Below, in pieces: positions 63,896 through 64,000 of a stretch of 64,000 bases of DNA (within the stretch, counting starts at the first letter, position 1; each line of letters starts with the position of its first letter). The notes under the pieces were generated by a model. It searched no databases. It worked only from the letters and a program-made list of their open reading frames with translations, and was not told where the DNA came from. The translations under genes were made by a program, and so were the position numbers. Source of the stretch: Octopus sinensis (Eukaryota); assembly GCF_006345805.1 (NCBI RefSeq), contig NC_043006.1, positions 69,068,001 to 69,132,000 of the forward strand, in the 5' to 3' direction.

Positions 63896-64000
63896 ATGTG
63901 GCCATGTTGGGACACTGCCTTGAAGCTTTTAATCGAACAAATCCATCGCAGGACGTATTTCATTTTCTCTAAGCTTGGTACGTATTCTGTCGGTCGCTTT

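Overview
Repeat-saturated, AT-rich eukaryotic (metazoan) intronic or intergenic DNA, most likely from an octopus/cephalopod. That assignment is an inference from the SINE families and microsatellite density, not from a database search. No host protein-coding gene can be identified with confidence. Nearly all ORFs in the track are microsatellite artefacts or antisense to repeats; the best host-gene candidate is one exon with near-consensus splice sites (24312-24540). The window holds many tRNA-derived SINEs, labelled here with working names A, B, C, D, E and F. It also holds CR1/L2- and RTE-type LINE fragments, a DD34D-type mariner and a DD37D (maT)-type fossil, three hAT MITEs with 8-bp TSDs, Tc2/pogo-like MITEs, a non-autonomous Helitron and several Penelope-like (PLE, GIY-YIG) remnants. 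There is one 100-N assembly gap. The most notable signals are: (i) a set of minimal hammerhead-ribozyme motifs with palindromic stem III in PLE-derived sequence, including a ~1.2-kb element whose long inverted arms each carry an outward-facing hammerhead; (ii) several other PLE-type foldbacks; (iii) family-A SINE multimers joined at the same palindromic junction six times; (iv) modular sharing between SINE families A and B and the 3' end of a LINE in the window. All alignments and folds were done by eye, so repeat boundaries are approximate unless TSDs or TIRs are given.
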